Positions 17,319-27,707 of a stretch of 64,000 nt of DNA are shown in pieces. The stretch spans positions 992,001 to 1,056,000 of the forward strand of contig CAVSTP010000004.1 in assembly GCA_963730935.1 (NCBI GenBank), given 5' to 3'. How positions within the stretch are numbered: position 1 is the first letter of the stretch; each line of letters starts with the position of its first letter. The translations under genes were made by a program, and so were the position numbers. The notes under the pieces are model-generated. The model had not been told where the DNA came from. It ran no database searches and saw only the letters and a program-made list of their open reading frames with translations. This DNA comes from an uncultured Nitrospiraceae bacterium (GTDB lineage: Bacteria; Nitrospirota; Nitrospiria; Nitrospirales; Nitrospiraceae).

Positions 17319-18974
17319 ATGGAGAACAACGCGACAATCGGGTCTGCCGTGATCGATCGGCTGTATCAGCTGGGCGTGCGCCACATTTTCGGCATTCCCG
17401 GCGACTACGTCCTCAGCCTGTACCAGCTCATTGAACGCTCTCCCATCCGCCACATCGGGACGACTCGTGAGGATTGCGCCGGATTCGCTGCCGATGCCTA
17501 CGCACGGATCAATGGCATCGGCGCCGCCTGCGTCACCTACTGTGTCGGCGGGCTGAACTGCGTCAATGCGATCGCCTGTGCGTACGCCGAACGTTCTCCG
17601 GTCGTCCTTCTGACCGGTTCCCCCGGGCTTTCGGAACGCGTACGCATGCCGTACATGCACCACATGGTGCGGGACTTTTCGACGCAACGGGAGGTCTTTG
17701 AGCGCATGACGGTGGCCTCGGTGTCGCTCGACGATCCAACGACCGCCGAGCGTGAGATGGACCGTGCATTTGCCGCTCTCCTGCGGTACCGACGCCCGAT
17801 TTACATCGAAATCCCTCGCGATCTCGTCCACACGACTCTGCACCATCCACTTCGGCCACTGTGCCTCAACGACGAACCAAGTGATCCCGCCGCCCTGGAA
17901 GAAGCAATGGGAGAGGTGCGGGCCATGCTGGCCTCCGCCAAACGGCCAGCCGTGCTGGCCGGCGCTGAAATCGGACGCTTCGGGCTTCAGGATGATTTGA
18001 CGCGGCTCGTCGAGCGCTTGAAAATCCCGATCGCCTCCACCCTGCTCGGCAAATCCGTCATCCGCGAAGATCACCCCCTCTATGTCGGAGTCTACGGGGG
18101 ACTCATCGCGCGTGATGAGGTTCAGCAGTTCATCAACGATTCGGATTGTCTGTTAATCCTGGGATCGATCTTATCCGACCTCGATGACCTCGATGCCGAC
18201 TCTCCCTTACGTTCCGAGGGCCGTACCATCCACGCAACCGCCGATCATGTCAGTATTCGACACCATCGATACGACACCATCCGGTTTCAGGACTTTGTTC
18301 AGGCCTTGGGAACGCATGGTCTCTCCGCCCAGTCGTCACGGCCGCTGCCTCCCCCGCTGGCCATCGATGGATCTGCTCCCGCCCCGGACGCGCGGGTGAC
18401 GTTGAGAGGACTGTTCAGGCACTTGGACCAACAGCTGGGCCAGACGACGCTCGTCATTGCGGACGTCGGAGAGTCGTTGTTTGCCGCCGCAGACCTCCAC
18501 GTGCACCGGCGGTTTGAATTTCTCTCGCCGGCCTATTACACGTCGATGGGTTTCGCCGTGCCTGCATCAATCGGCGCCTCCTTCGCTGATCCGACGCTTC
18601 GTCCCATCGTGTTGGTCGGCGATGGCGCGTTTCAGATGACGGGATCGGAGCTCTCGACTGCGGTGCGCTATAAGCAGTCACCGATCGTGATTGTGCTGAA
18701 CAATCGCGGATATTCGACCGAACGTGAAATTCTCGAAGGACCCTTCAACGACCTTCACGACTGGCACTACGAACGGATCTGCGATTTGATCGGCGGAGGC
18801 ATCGGCGTCGTGATCCGAACGCAGCAGCAGTTTGAGCAGACGTTGGCGAAAGCCTTGGCCGATTCCGGTCAGATCTACGTCCTGAACGTGCTGCTAGATC
18901 CGGCTGACCGCTCGCCGGGCATGATCCGTCTGGCTCATCGCCTGGCCAAACGCCTTTCCACCGACCGCCCGTAA
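17319..18974 (+). CDS. TPP-dependent alpha-keto acid (pyruvate/indolepyruvate) decarboxylase family
   Basis: FGIPGDY, AGFAADAYAR, MHH, GDGAFQMT...LNNRGY. Confidence 0.92.
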   Translation: MENNATIGSAVIDRLYQLGVRHIFGIPGDYVLSLYQLIERSPIRHIGTTREDCAGFAADAYARINGIGAACVTYCVGGLNCVNAIACAYAERSPVVLLTGSPGLSERVRMPYMHHMVRDFSTQREVFERMTVASVSLDDPTTAEREMDRAFAALLRYRRPIYIEIPRDLVHTTLHHPLRPLCLNDEPSDPAALEEAMGEVRAMLASAKRPAVLAGAEIGRFGLQDDLTRLVERLKIPIASTLLGKSVIREDHPLYVGVYGGLIARDEVQQFINDSDCLLILGSILSDLDDLDADSPLRSEGRTIHATADHVSIRHHRYDTIRFQDFVQALGTHGLSAQSSRPLPPPLAIDGSAPAPDARVTLRGLFRHLDQQLGQTTLVIADVGESLFAAADLHVHRRFEFLSPAYYTSMGFAVPASIGASFADPTLRPIVLVGDGAFQMTGSELSTAVRYKQSPIVIVLNNRGYSTEREILEGPFNDLHDWHYERICDLIGGGIGVVIRTQQQFEQTLAKALADSGQIYVLNVLLDPADRSPGMIRLAHRLAKRLSTDRP

Positions 18975-19087
18975 CCCTGCCTTTACCCAAACCGCCCATG
19001 TAGGGGTGAAGGCTTTTCCCATCACTTTCCGGCCTCGAGCTAGCCGCCCATCAAGGGCTGGACGTACAGTTTCGAGTAAGTACTTAG

Positions 19088-19103
19088 TGGCACGCCATGT
19101 GCA
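19088..19103 (+). promoter_or_regulatory. sigma54 promoter
   Basis: TGGCACGCCATGTGCA (GG-N10-GC). Confidence 0.65.
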
Positions 19104-19258
19104 CTCCCAAGATTTCCAATCGGGAGAACCCGGACGCTCGACGAGTGTCGGATCCTCCATCGGCTCGGCTTGAGCGAGGTGGACGATCTTCGCCTTTGGT
19201 GATGATGCAGAAACTAGTCACGGGATACGCGGTCACGGAGTGGCTCACGGAGCCTTCT

Positions 19259-20116
19259 ATGCCGCATTACGTCGTGTTTGTCGACCTGGACGGTACGCTG
19301 TTGGATACAGGCACCGCCACATGGGAAGCCGCAGCGCCGGCGCTGCAGGCGTTACGCAGCTACGGCATTCCGCTGATTCTGGTGTCCAGCAAGACCAGAG
19401 CCGAGCTTGAGCCGCTTCGACGACGGCTGCAGCATCAGGACCCTTTCATTGCGGAGAACGGCGCCGCCGTCTTTGTGCCGCAGGGTTTGTTCACGTTTCC
19501 CCTAGAACGTGTGCGTACGAAAGCCTCGTACGACGTGATCGAGCTGGGGATGCCCTATCACATGTTGCGCGATGTGCTCAAACAGATCGAAGACGCCGTC
19601 GAGACGCCGCTCCATGGTTTCGGCGACCTGTCTGTCGATGACATCATGCAGGTCACCGGTCTCTGCCGTGCCGATGCGACGTTGGCCACGATGCGGGAGT
19701 ATGACGAACCGTTCCTACTCCAAGGGCCGCAGACGCTGGTGGAAGAAGTCTGCCGGCAGATCGTCACACGAGGGTTGCGGTGGACGAAGGCCGGGGGGCT
19801 CTTTCATTTGACCGGAGATAATGACAAGGGAGAGGCCGCTGAAATTCTGATGCGCTGCTATCAGCGCGAACAGCGGCTGAGATTTCAGCCGCGCCCGGTG
19901 GAAAGTGTCGGGATCGGGGACAGCATCACTGATGTTCCGCTGCTGGCGGCTGTCGACCATCCCATTCTCGTGCAGAGACCCGACGGTTCCTTTGATACGG
20001 ATGTCCTTCTCCCTCGGCTCGTGCGCACCCGGGGCATCGGACCCGCAGGTTGGAACGACGCAATGCTGCGGCTGCTGAGGCATAGCTTCTCAGCTGAAAT
20101 GGGTTTGGCAAGCTGA
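19259..20116 (+). CDS. mannosyl-3-phosphoglycerate phosphatase family HAD-IIB
   Basis: DLDGTLL, SSKTRAE, FIAENG, REYDEPF, DKG.A, GDS..D. Confidence 0.88.
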   Translation: MPHYVVFVDLDGTLLDTGTATWEAAAPALQALRSYGIPLILVSSKTRAELEPLRRRLQHQDPFIAENGAAVFVPQGLFTFPLERVRTKASYDVIELGMPYHMLRDVLKQIEDAVETPLHGFGDLSVDDIMQVTGLCRADATLATMREYDEPFLLQGPQTLVEEVCRQIVTRGLRWTKAGGLFHLTGDNDKGEAAEILMRCYQREQRLRFQPRPVESVGIGDSITDVPLLAAVDHPILVQRPDGSFDTDVLLPRLVRTRGIGPAGWNDAMLRLLRHSFSAEMGLAS

Positions 20117-20144
20117 ACACGTCCAGCTCTCAAAAGAGAGCCGG

Positions 20145-20348
20145 CTAACCTTTTTGTGGACCCCCCTTCGAAGCAAAGACGGTCGCGTCACAGGCCAGAT
20201 ACTTGATCTGCTTCATGGGCACGATGATCACTTCTTTCGCCGAATCCACCTCGAGAACTTCCATATCGTCGCTGATGGTATGCCTGATCGCATCCTTCAC
20301 GACCAGTTCTTGGTTATCGACGAACACGATCTTCACCCAATATTGCAC
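20145..20348 (-). CDS. small hypothetical protein
   Basis: GTG start after AAGGAGAAGGA; 67 aa beta-rich. Confidence 0.75.
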   Translation of the reverse strand: MQYWVKIVFVDNQELVVKDAIRHTISDDMEVLEVDSAKEVIIVPMKQIKYLACDATVFASKGGPQKG

Positions 20349-20364
20349 GTTGTCCTTCTCCTTG

Positions 20365-21183
20365 TTAGAGACCTGCCCCCAGCTCGTGTGATCGCTGCGC
20401 GGCGGCCTCGACTGCCGACAGCAATGCGGCCCGCAAACCGCCGCGCTCCAACTCATGCAGACCGGCGATCGACGTACCGCCCGGTGAGGCCACGCGGTCT
20501 TTGAGGACGCCGGGGTGCTCATGAGAATTCAACACAAGGCGTGCCGCCCCTGAGACCGTTTGCGCGGCCAAGAGTTGGGCCGTCTCACGGGGTAATCCCA
20601 TTTTCACGCCACCGTCCGCCAGTGCCTCGATCAGGACAAAGACATAAGCGGGTCCGCTTCCGCTCAACCCGGTCACCGCATCCATCCATCGCTCTTCCAC
20701 TTTGACCACCTGTCCGATCGATTCAAATAATGTCCGAGCAACAGTGGAATCGCGCGGGGGCAACCGTTCTTCATAGGCCACGGCAGTCAGACCCTGCCTG
20801 ACCAGAGACGGCGTATTCGGCATTGAACGAACAATCCTGTGGACCCCGGGCAGATGACAGGCAATACGAGCGATCGGGTAGCCTGCTGCGACCGAAACGA
20901 TCAAGGTGTCAGGATCCACCGCTCCGGCGATTTCGGCCAGGACATCGTCAAGAATCTGCGGTTCCACCGCAAGAACTAGGAGGTCAGCCTTCTGTGCTAC
21001 GGCCGGATTGCTGGCAAATGTTTGGATGTTATAGGTGTGGCGAAGCCACTTCAGCCGCGACTCGTCGATATCTGACGCGAGCAGCTGGGCCGGGAGTAGC
21101 CACTCCGCATGCAGGAGGCCTGCGATCAGCGCTTGAGCCATGTTCCCCGCGCCGATAAAGCCTATCGTGCAGTCCGACAGCAT
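20365..21183 (-). CDS. proC: pyrroline-5-carboxylate reductase
   Basis: GFIGAGNMA, RSMPNTP, GLSGSGPAY, VASPGGTS. Confidence 0.95.
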   Translation of the reverse strand: MLSDCTIGFIGAGNMAQALIAGLLHAEWLLPAQLLASDIDESRLKWLRHTYNIQTFASNPAVAQKADLLVLAVEPQILDDVLAEIAGAVDPDTLIVSVAAGYPIARIACHLPGVHRIVRSMPNTPSLVRQGLTAVAYEERLPPRDSTVARTLFESIGQVVKVEERWMDAVTGLSGSGPAYVFVLIEALADGGVKMGLPRETAQLLAAQTVSGAARLVLNSHEHPGVLKDRVASPGGTSIAGLHELERGGLRAALLSAVEAAAQRSHELGAGL

Positions 21184-21331
21184 GCGGGGCGCATTATACT
21201 GTCGGCCTCCTAAGCGCTTCAACGTGGAACTTGCCCATATCAATGGCTCTTCGGTAGAGTGATATCCATCGATTCTGAGCATTTATCACTATCAAATCAT
21301 ATTGATCATCGCTCGATGATGGGAGGCAGTC

Positions 21332-22405
21332 ATGAAGCAGTTGGCGCTCTCGAGTCTCGCGCTCATCGCAGTGCTCGTCTCACCCAGTTGGGCCCGCCAG
21401 GAATCGCTTACACCCGAGGAAAAGCAGAAGCTTGAAAAGATTGACAAGGTGCTGATCGAAGTCATCGCCCTGTCCGACAAGGGAACGACGGATGCCGGTC
21501 CCTTTAGAGAGGTGATCACGAAACGCCTGCAGGAATTCGGCTATACGGTCGTGACCGATCCGGCTCAACCCCACGATGTGACGTTCAACGTCAAGTGCGA
21601 ACAGCACAAGATCTGGGAAGGCACGACCAAAATGGGCAGTGATGCGGACCTTCCCGATTCCCCCTCGCGGCTCTGGAAGGGCCCAGCCTGCCAGCTTTCC
21701 TATGTCTTGGACGGCAAGAAGATGCCGTGGCGAAAAGAGGTCCGGACCGATTTCGTGGACGCGCAGAAGGCAGCCGAAGCCACCCATGCCGGAGATCCGT
21801 CTGATTACGCGATGAGCAAGTTGAAGGAACGGCTGGAGGACTATGACTTTCCCGCTCTGATCACGGCCGAGTGGGGGCAAGAAGAGCGCCTGTTCAAAGT
21901 ATACGACTCTCCCGCCACTCCGCCCGCGAGGAAAGTGCGACTGATTGGATTATTCGGCTACCTCTTCGAGCCCAAAGCCGTCCCCCGTCTGGTTACTGCG
22001 CTCAAAGGCAGCGACATCGAAATGGCGAAGGCGTCGGCGCTGGCACTCGGCAACATCGGGCAGAAAGACACGGTTCCCATCCTCATCGACACGATGAAGA
22101 ACGGGAAACCTGAGTTGCGGCCGTCGGCTGCCAAAGCGTTGGGCGTGTTGGGAGCGCTGCATGGCGATTTTACGATCGTGGATCCCCTGCTCGAAACATT
22201 GAAGACGGACGACGTCGCGTTGAAAACCGAGGTCGCCTGGGCCCTCGGCAAATTGCCCGATCGAAAGGCCTACGAACCTCTCTATACGTTGCAGAAGTCG
22301 CTGCATCAGGTCCGCGACAACGACGCCGATCCCAAACTGGTCAAATTGAAGGAAGCCGTCAACTGGTCCATTAAGCAGATCGACACGTGGGAGTATCTGC
22401 AGTAG
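21332..22405 (+). CDS. secreted HEAT-repeat protein
   Basis: signal peptide; repeats SALALGNIG, AAKALGVLG, VAWALGKL. Confidence 0.85.
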   Translation: MKQLALSSLALIAVLVSPSWARQESLTPEEKQKLEKIDKVLIEVIALSDKGTTDAGPFREVITKRLQEFGYTVVTDPAQPHDVTFNVKCEQHKIWEGTTKMGSDADLPDSPSRLWKGPACQLSYVLDGKKMPWRKEVRTDFVDAQKAAEATHAGDPSDYAMSKLKERLEDYDFPALITAEWGQEERLFKVYDSPATPPARKVRLIGLFGYLFEPKAVPRLVTALKGSDIEMAKASALALGNIGQKDTVPILIDTMKNGKPELRPSAAKALGVLGALHGDFTIVDPLLETLKTDDVALKTEVAWALGKLPDRKAYEPLYTLQKSLHQVRDNDADPKLVKLKEAVNWSIKQIDTWEYLQ

Positions 22406-22439
22406 GACATCTGTGAGCCCGATCGTTCACCGAGCAGTC

Positions 22440-22953
22440 ATGCTGAAACCGATCGTGTGCCTCATCGGATGTACGATTTCGGCAATTACCTGGTGCGCAG
22501 GGCCCGGCTGGACGCAAACCATCGGGGACGAAGCGGAGCTCGAGCGGCTGCGGGTGAAGGCGAAAGACGCCATGGCCAGCGACGATCCTGAGGGCGCAGC
22601 CATGGCGATGGGCCGTGCGGCGATGATGGCCAAACGGCTGAGCCTGGTGAATCGAAACGACGGCACCTCGGCGCGCCTCTACCAAGGCGCCGAATCGCTG
22701 TTTCGTTCCCAGGAACACGGCTATCGGGCCATGGCCCTATTCAGGCGGGCGGGCGGGCAACTGCCGGCATCCTCAGGGGTCTGCGGCAGCCTGGCATTGG
22801 CTCAAGGCAGCGTCCAACATGCCCTCTCCGATCTGGCCCGCCGGGGACTCTCCGCCGGAGGCATTGATGGAGCGGGCGAAGCACTGGCGCGAGACCGCGG
22901 ACGACTGGATCACGGTCGTGGCGGCCATGATCGCCGACTACCAATGTCCGTGA
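22440..22953 (+). pseudogene. secreted hypothetical protein with apparent frameshift near 22838
   Basis: shifted frame gives ...AKHWRETADDWITVVAAMIADYQCP* ending just before the convergent PIN gene; the unshifted ORF overlaps that gene. Confidence 0.6.
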
Positions 22954-22956
22954 CGG

Positions 22957-23400
22957 CTAATCCTCCTCGGGATTGATAATGTGCAGGCCTGCCGTTTTGC
23001 TCGCGGTCAACAGCTGGGTATCGGCACTTACCACGGTGAGGCGAAGCGGCTTCAGCTCAAGGGCCAGGGCCAAGTGCAGCACTTGCTGTGTCCGCAGTCC
23101 CGGATATTCCATCATCAGCTCTTTCGTCGAAAGATAAGTCTCCATCGTCGGCACGATGAATTGAAACAATCCTTCCGCCGATTCCCGCTCGAACTTGTGA
23201 ATGACCGAGTAGCAATCATCTCTGGTCAGTTCGCCTTGCTGTGCTCGATTCGAAAACGCGGAATATAATTCGGTGACGGTCCAGGTCGGAAGAATGGCCA
23301 CCTTGCCGCGCTTCACCATCAACTTGTTCACGATCCTGGTGCCGCGCTCCATGCTGTAGCGCTTGACTAGCGCCGTCGAATCGAAATAGTAATAGGGCAT
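22957..23400 (-). CDS. PIN-domain (VapC-like) protein
   Basis: YFDSTALVKRY, TELYSA, LRT...HLA.A, VSAD..L..A. Confidence 0.88.
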   Translation of the reverse strand: MPYYYFDSTALVKRYSMERGTRIVNKLMVKRGKVAILPTWTVTELYSAFSNRAQQGELTRDDCYSVIHKFERESAEGLFQFIVPTMETYLSTKELMMEYPGLRTQQVLHLALALELKPLRLTVVSADTQLLTASKTAGLHIINPEED

Positions 23401-23403
23401 GGA

Positions 23404-23667
23404 TCAGGCCCTCCCTTTGAGGATCACCGCGGCCAGCGGCCCCGGCATTTTCGAGAGCCTGTCTTGTAGCTCATCCAACGGCACTTCCTCATAGCCCTCC
23501 CGCCGCAGCTTGTCCGCCAAATTGCCGGTATTAAAGCCGGCCGTATCGTTTTTCAACCGCTCGTTCAGCCGCCGCTTGGCAAGCCGACTCGGGACTCGTT
23601 GTTGCGTTGCAGTCAATCCCCTGCCGCGGCTCCGTGGCGCACGCCCCCCCTGTTTCAGTCTGCTCAT
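23404..23667 (-). CDS. putative antitoxin partner of the PIN protein
   Basis: small gene 3 nt upstream of the PIN gene; RBS GGAGGGGAG. Confidence 0.65.
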   Translation of the reverse strand: MSRLKQGGRAPRSRGRGLTATQQRVPSRLAKRRLNERLKNDTAGFNTGNLADKLRREGYEEVPLDELQDRLSKMPGPLAAVILKGRA

Positions 23668-23700
23668 GCGAGTGCTCTCCCCTCCTTGGATGGTTAATGG

Positions 23701-24852
23701 TTAATGAATTACCGCCGCTGGTTTCCCTTTCACCCCTTCGCGCGGGCACCCCGCCGGACGGATCGCCTCGGCCGGCAGTTCCGATTCTCCATAGACGTGA
23801 GCGGCGATCGCCCTGGCGACATCCGTCGACAAATCCTGCTGCATCACTCTGATGACTTTCGCGGTCGCTTCCCGCTCGGACAAGTGCCCTTCCTTGCCGC
23901 CTTTGGAGATCGCCCCCACGATCTGCTGTTCGGCCAGATTCACCACCTCGAAATCGCTGCACCATCGCACGTACGTGAACTGGGGATCGCGCACATCGAT
24001 CGGCCAGACTCGCACCATCCCTCGGATCAGCAATTCCGGATTGGTATGCGGGTCGGCGGCGCCCGGCTCAGTTCCTGCCGACATGGTTGCGACTCGGAGG
24101 CCCTCCTTGATCAACCCTTCTGTCAAGGCCCGCTGCGCCGGTTCCACATGGTCGCCCGTGACGCTGACCGCCAGCACCAGATTGGACGAGAGGTACTCCT
24201 CCAATTCACGGGTCAGATCCTGGACACGATAGGATGCACCGGTCCCTTGCCCGCTGACGCGGATCACGCGGAGATCCGCATTATAGGTTTCGCGCAGGAC
24301 CAGGTTGTGGGTGGCCCGTCTGAGTGCTCGAACCTTCGCGAGCTTGTCCGCCGTCTGATGAGCCTCTGCGACATCTGTCTGAATGGTATGATCCAGATCG
24401 GCTAAACGTTCCATCAAGGCCGATTCCGCTTGCGCACGATGCATGCCTCCCAGGGCGTAATAGAGATTTCTTTTCGCATCGTACCAGCGGTCGACGATCT
24501 TGGCGTTTTCCAGCACCTTGTCAGTGGACACTCGCGTCAGCTGATCGAGTGCCAGCCGCCGTTCATCGTGGCTCGCGCCCCGCTGTTCCACGACCAGGTA
24601 GGACTCCCAATCCTTGGATTGGGCCGATACCTCCGCCTTGAAAATGCGCGCGAGGGCCGCATAGGCCCGGTCTTCGGCTGCAGCACGATTGTCGGCCTGC
24701 CCGACGCCCGTGAGATATTGTGCGGAGGGATAGTCGGGACTGACGCCGTCGATCCAGCCCGGCTTCGACGGACCGAATGCACATCCGACAAGTAGTACCG
24801 AGCCCAGGAGGACCGCCATCCAGCCGTAGCCTTTGATACACCTGTGTTTCAT
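23701..24852 (-). CDS. LPP20 family lipoprotein
   Basis: lipobox LVGC, KPGWI, YLTGVG, AEDRAYAALARIF. Confidence 0.85.
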   Translation of the reverse strand: MKHRCIKGYGWMAVLLGSVLLVGCAFGPSKPGWIDGVSPDYPSAQYLTGVGQADNRAAAEDRAYAALARIFKAEVSAQSKDWESYLVVEQRGASHDERRLALDQLTRVSTDKVLENAKIVDRWYDAKRNLYYALGGMHRAQAESALMERLADLDHTIQTDVAEAHQTADKLAKVRALRRATHNLVLRETYNADLRVIRVSGQGTGASYRVQDLTRELEEYLSSNLVLAVSVTGDHVEPAQRALTEGLIKEGLRVATMSAGTEPGAADPHTNPELLIRGMVRVWPIDVRDPQFTYVRWCSDFEVVNLAEQQIVGAISKGGKEGHLSEREATAKVIRVMQQDLSTDVARAIAAHVYGESELPAEAIRPAGCPREGVKGKPAAVIH

Positions 24853-26324
24853 TGCATCACCCGTTGGATGACGATCGACGTTTCCCCAGCACGCAATGAA
24901 AGCGTTTTCGTCGAGACGCCTGTCCCACTCGCCACTGTGCCCACCCGATAGTCGCCGGGAGACACCCACGTGCGGGCGACGTGGATTTCATCGGGCAATG
25001 TCCGCCAGCTGCGCTTATCAGATTCCTCGGAAGCCACCGCAAACCCTTTGGTCAGAAGACCGACCGCAAGCCCCACCAACGGACCTAGATCTCCTCCGAC
25101 CGCTTGTTGACTGCCGCGCGACGCGCCTTCGGCAAGGCTGTATTTGAACGCTGCCCTAGCCACTGCCTTCACGGCGATGCCTGCGATTCGGTCGGACAGG
25201 GCCTTGTCCGCAAGGGCTGTGACGTTCTGCGCCAGCTCGGTCCGCACGACGACCGGAGCACCCTGTTCCGGCGTAAGGCTAATCGTGTCGACCGGGACCT
25301 GCGTCTTTTGCGGAACGATTTTCGGGAGGGCCACACGCACCACCCGGCCGTTCAGACCATACAACACACTGTCGGTCGCTCGATGTTGTTCGCGATTTCC
25401 TGAACTAAACCCGCGGTTGACGAGCACCAGTGCGAGCGCATCCCCGCTGATCGGCAGGTCAAGAAACTGATCCTCCTTGCGCGGAGCGCGCCCATTATAG
25501 CTGATCACAAGCACTTGAGCGAGCCGTTGCTGCTCCTCAATGCTTTTCCACACCGTGTCCGGGAACAGATGCTGATACTCGGTGAATTCTTGGCTCAGGT
25601 GCAGGGCATCCGCCGTCCGTAAGAGATCGGCATGTAGCTGCGACGGCACTCCGGTTCGCGACCAGGCACGCGATGCATCGAAGGTTTCATACGCTTTGCG
25701 ATAGGCAATAAAGGCATCGTTCAGGTCACCGGCACTTTCATAGAGGATGCCGCTCAGATAGCGCGCGAATCCGTCGTCACGGTAGGCTGCCTTTTCCTTC
25801 GTGCGATCCGCTAGGACGTTCAGACGGTGGTCGATACGCCGCGCCTCGACCAGCGCATCCTGCCAACGGTTCAACGAAGCATAGTTCAAGGCTTTGAGGA
25901 CGTTAATCATGACTTGCTCGTACGGCTCCCCTTCATAGGGCAGACTATTGTCGTTGGTCACGAAGGCCAACGATTCCGTGCGCACGCTTCGGGTGTACAG
26001 ACGGTCCACTTCGTCTTCCGCCTGTTCGAGCACGACGTTGCTCTGCTCGTACTCGCCCGCGAGCTGGAGCGTCATGCCGCGATCCATCCCATACAACACG
26101 CGGCTCTTGGTCCCATACTCGTCTTCGGCCCCCTGGATGATGGCATCCGCCTGCCGGTAATCGTTCTCGAGGAGGCTCTTATCGACCATGACGTAGCGGG
26201 TGCCTGAGGATCCGCAGCCGGTCAGGGTCAGAATGAGGAGGGCCGTGGCGAGACGATAAGCAGAAACACAAACGCCCCACCGTGCCGAAGCATGAGCAGT
26301 GGGGCGTAGAGCAAGAGGCTTCAC
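24849..26324 (-). CDS. COG3014-like TPR lipoprotein
   Basis: lipobox LTGC, YEGEPYEQVMIN..KALNY..A.VEARR, SDKRSWRTLP; start uncertain. Confidence 0.85.
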   Translation of the reverse strand: MKPLALRPTAHASARWGVCVSAYRLATALLILTLTGCGSSGTRYVMVDKSLLENDYRQADAIIQGAEDEYGTKSRVLYGMDRGMTLQLAGEYEQSNVVLEQAEDEVDRLYTRSVRTESLAFVTNDNSLPYEGEPYEQVMINVLKALNYASLNRWQDALVEARRIDHRLNVLADRTKEKAAYRDDGFARYLSGILYESAGDLNDAFIAYRKAYETFDASRAWSRTGVPSQLHADLLRTADALHLSQEFTEYQHLFPDTVWKSIEEQQRLAQVLVISYNGRAPRKEDQFLDLPISGDALALVLVNRGFSSGNREQHRATDSVLYGLNGRVVRVALPKIVPQKTQVPVDTISLTPEQGAPVVVRTELAQNVTALADKALSDRIAGIAVKAVARAAFKYSLAEGASRGSQQAVGGDLGPLVGLAVGLLTKGFAVASEESDKRSWRTLPDEIHVARTWVSPGDYRVGTVASGTGVSTKTLSLRAGETSIVIQRVMQ

Positions 26325-26340
26325 CGGAATGTGGTGGAGC

Positions 26341-26958
26341 TTAGAAAATGGTGCGTTTCTTTTCGATGACTTTCTTGATCTTTTTTTGACCGAACCACAC
26401 CTTAGCGTTGCTTTCGAGATCGACCATCTGCAGGTCGACCTGATAGAACATGGCCTTCGTCCCGTCGGCCTCGTCGAGAATCGTGGCAATGGTGCCCTTC
26501 ATCATATAATCGGCACCGATCTCCTTGCCCGGAGCCTTCTGCGTGTCCTCCCTGGAGTACATCGCTTGTTCCTTGCGTTCGACACGCACTTCTTCCCGCT
26601 CACTCTTGCCTGCCACGAAGGTGATCTTTTGAGAGTTCGTGAGCTCGCGCTCCAGATCCGTCACAAACGTTTGGACGTTGATGTGCTCGTGACTGTTGTT
26701 CAGCACCGTGCCGACCACCACAACGGGCTGGCGGCGGTTCGTTTGGCTGAAGTTGCTCAACCAGGGATATTCCAGCGCTTCCTTGACCATGGATTCTGCC
26801 ACCATGCGGGAGTCGGTGTCGTTCCAGCGGCCGCTCAAGTCGGTGACGACACCCGCGTCCACACGAGTCACCTTGGTTTCTGCACCACACCCTGCAAGTC
26901 CGGCGAGCAGTAGGACCAGCGCAGCGACTCGGCCGTGTGTTATCTGAAGATTCATCAC
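26341..26958 (-). CDS. penicillin-binding protein activator LpoB-like lipoprotein
   Basis: lipobox LAGC, DLSGRWNDTD, NNSHEHI, GADYMMKG, YQVDL. Confidence 0.88.
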   Translation of the reverse strand: MMNLQITHGRVAALVLLLAGLAGCGAETKVTRVDAGVVTDLSGRWNDTDSRMVAESMVKEALEYPWLSNFSQTNRRQPVVVVGTVLNNSHEHINVQTFVTDLERELTNSQKITFVAGKSEREEVRVERKEQAMYSREDTQKAPGKEIGADYMMKGTIATILDEADGTKAMFYQVDLQMVDLESNAKVWFGQKKIKKVIEKKRTIF

Positions 26959-26984
26959 CGGCTCCTTACATGCGTCAATCCCGG

Positions 26985-27551
26985 TTACCGGTTGGCGCGC
27001 TTGTCTTCTTCTTTTTCGAGCCGTTCGAAGAGTTTGTCGGCGTTTTTGCGGACGTAATCCCGCACCTGGGCGTTGAGTTCTTTGGCCTGCTCAAGGTTGT
27101 TCTTCATTTCCTCGAGATTCAACTTCGTCAAGACGTAGTAGGTCCCGGTCTTTTCGTCTTTATACCGTTCAATCGGCCTGACGCCGCTGAGCGTCGTCGT
27201 CGTGACCGTCTTGATCGCGCGTTCGACGTTTTGTTCCTCGGTATTGCGGGTGAAATCACCCGCCGTGGTGGAGGCGGCGTAATCTCGCATGAGATAGCCG
27301 GTGTAGGTTTCGAAGGTCTTGGCAATTTCGGCCCGGGCCCTGTTCTCTGCTGTGTCCCACGCGAGCGGCTCATTCCTGACGCCGGTCACGGAGCCGACGC
27401 CGTAGAACGCTTTGGTGTCTTTGTCGTTGTATGCGCCGGATCCTTGCTTCACCCATTTCGGAGGGCCACCGCATGCAGCGAGCGCCAGCAACAGAACGAG
27501 GGCTATCCCACCACAGGTCACCTTTGAGAAATTCCCTTGTGGCTGATTCAT
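26985..27551 (-). CDS. LPP20 family lipoprotein
   Basis: lipobox LAAC, PPKWV, FYGVG, AENRARAEIA. Confidence 0.87.
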   Translation of the reverse strand: MNQPQGNFSKVTCGGIALVLLLALAACGGPPKWVKQGSGAYNDKDTKAFYGVGSVTGVRNEPLAWDTAENRARAEIAKTFETYTGYLMRDYAASTTAGDFTRNTEEQNVERAIKTVTTTTLSGVRPIERYKDEKTGTYYVLTKLNLEEMKNNLEQAKELNAQVRDYVRKNADKLFERLEKEEDKRANR

Positions 27552-27707
27552 GCGACGTCCTCCTTGAAAGTGGTCATGAATACTTACCAGACTTACCTGA
27601 GATGATCGAGAATTGCAGCGAAATTATGCTAACATGCACCCCTCATCCAGTCAACGCAATCGGCGCTCGGAGAAAGGTGTTCATCTGCATGAGGAGGAGG
27701 AAATTTC

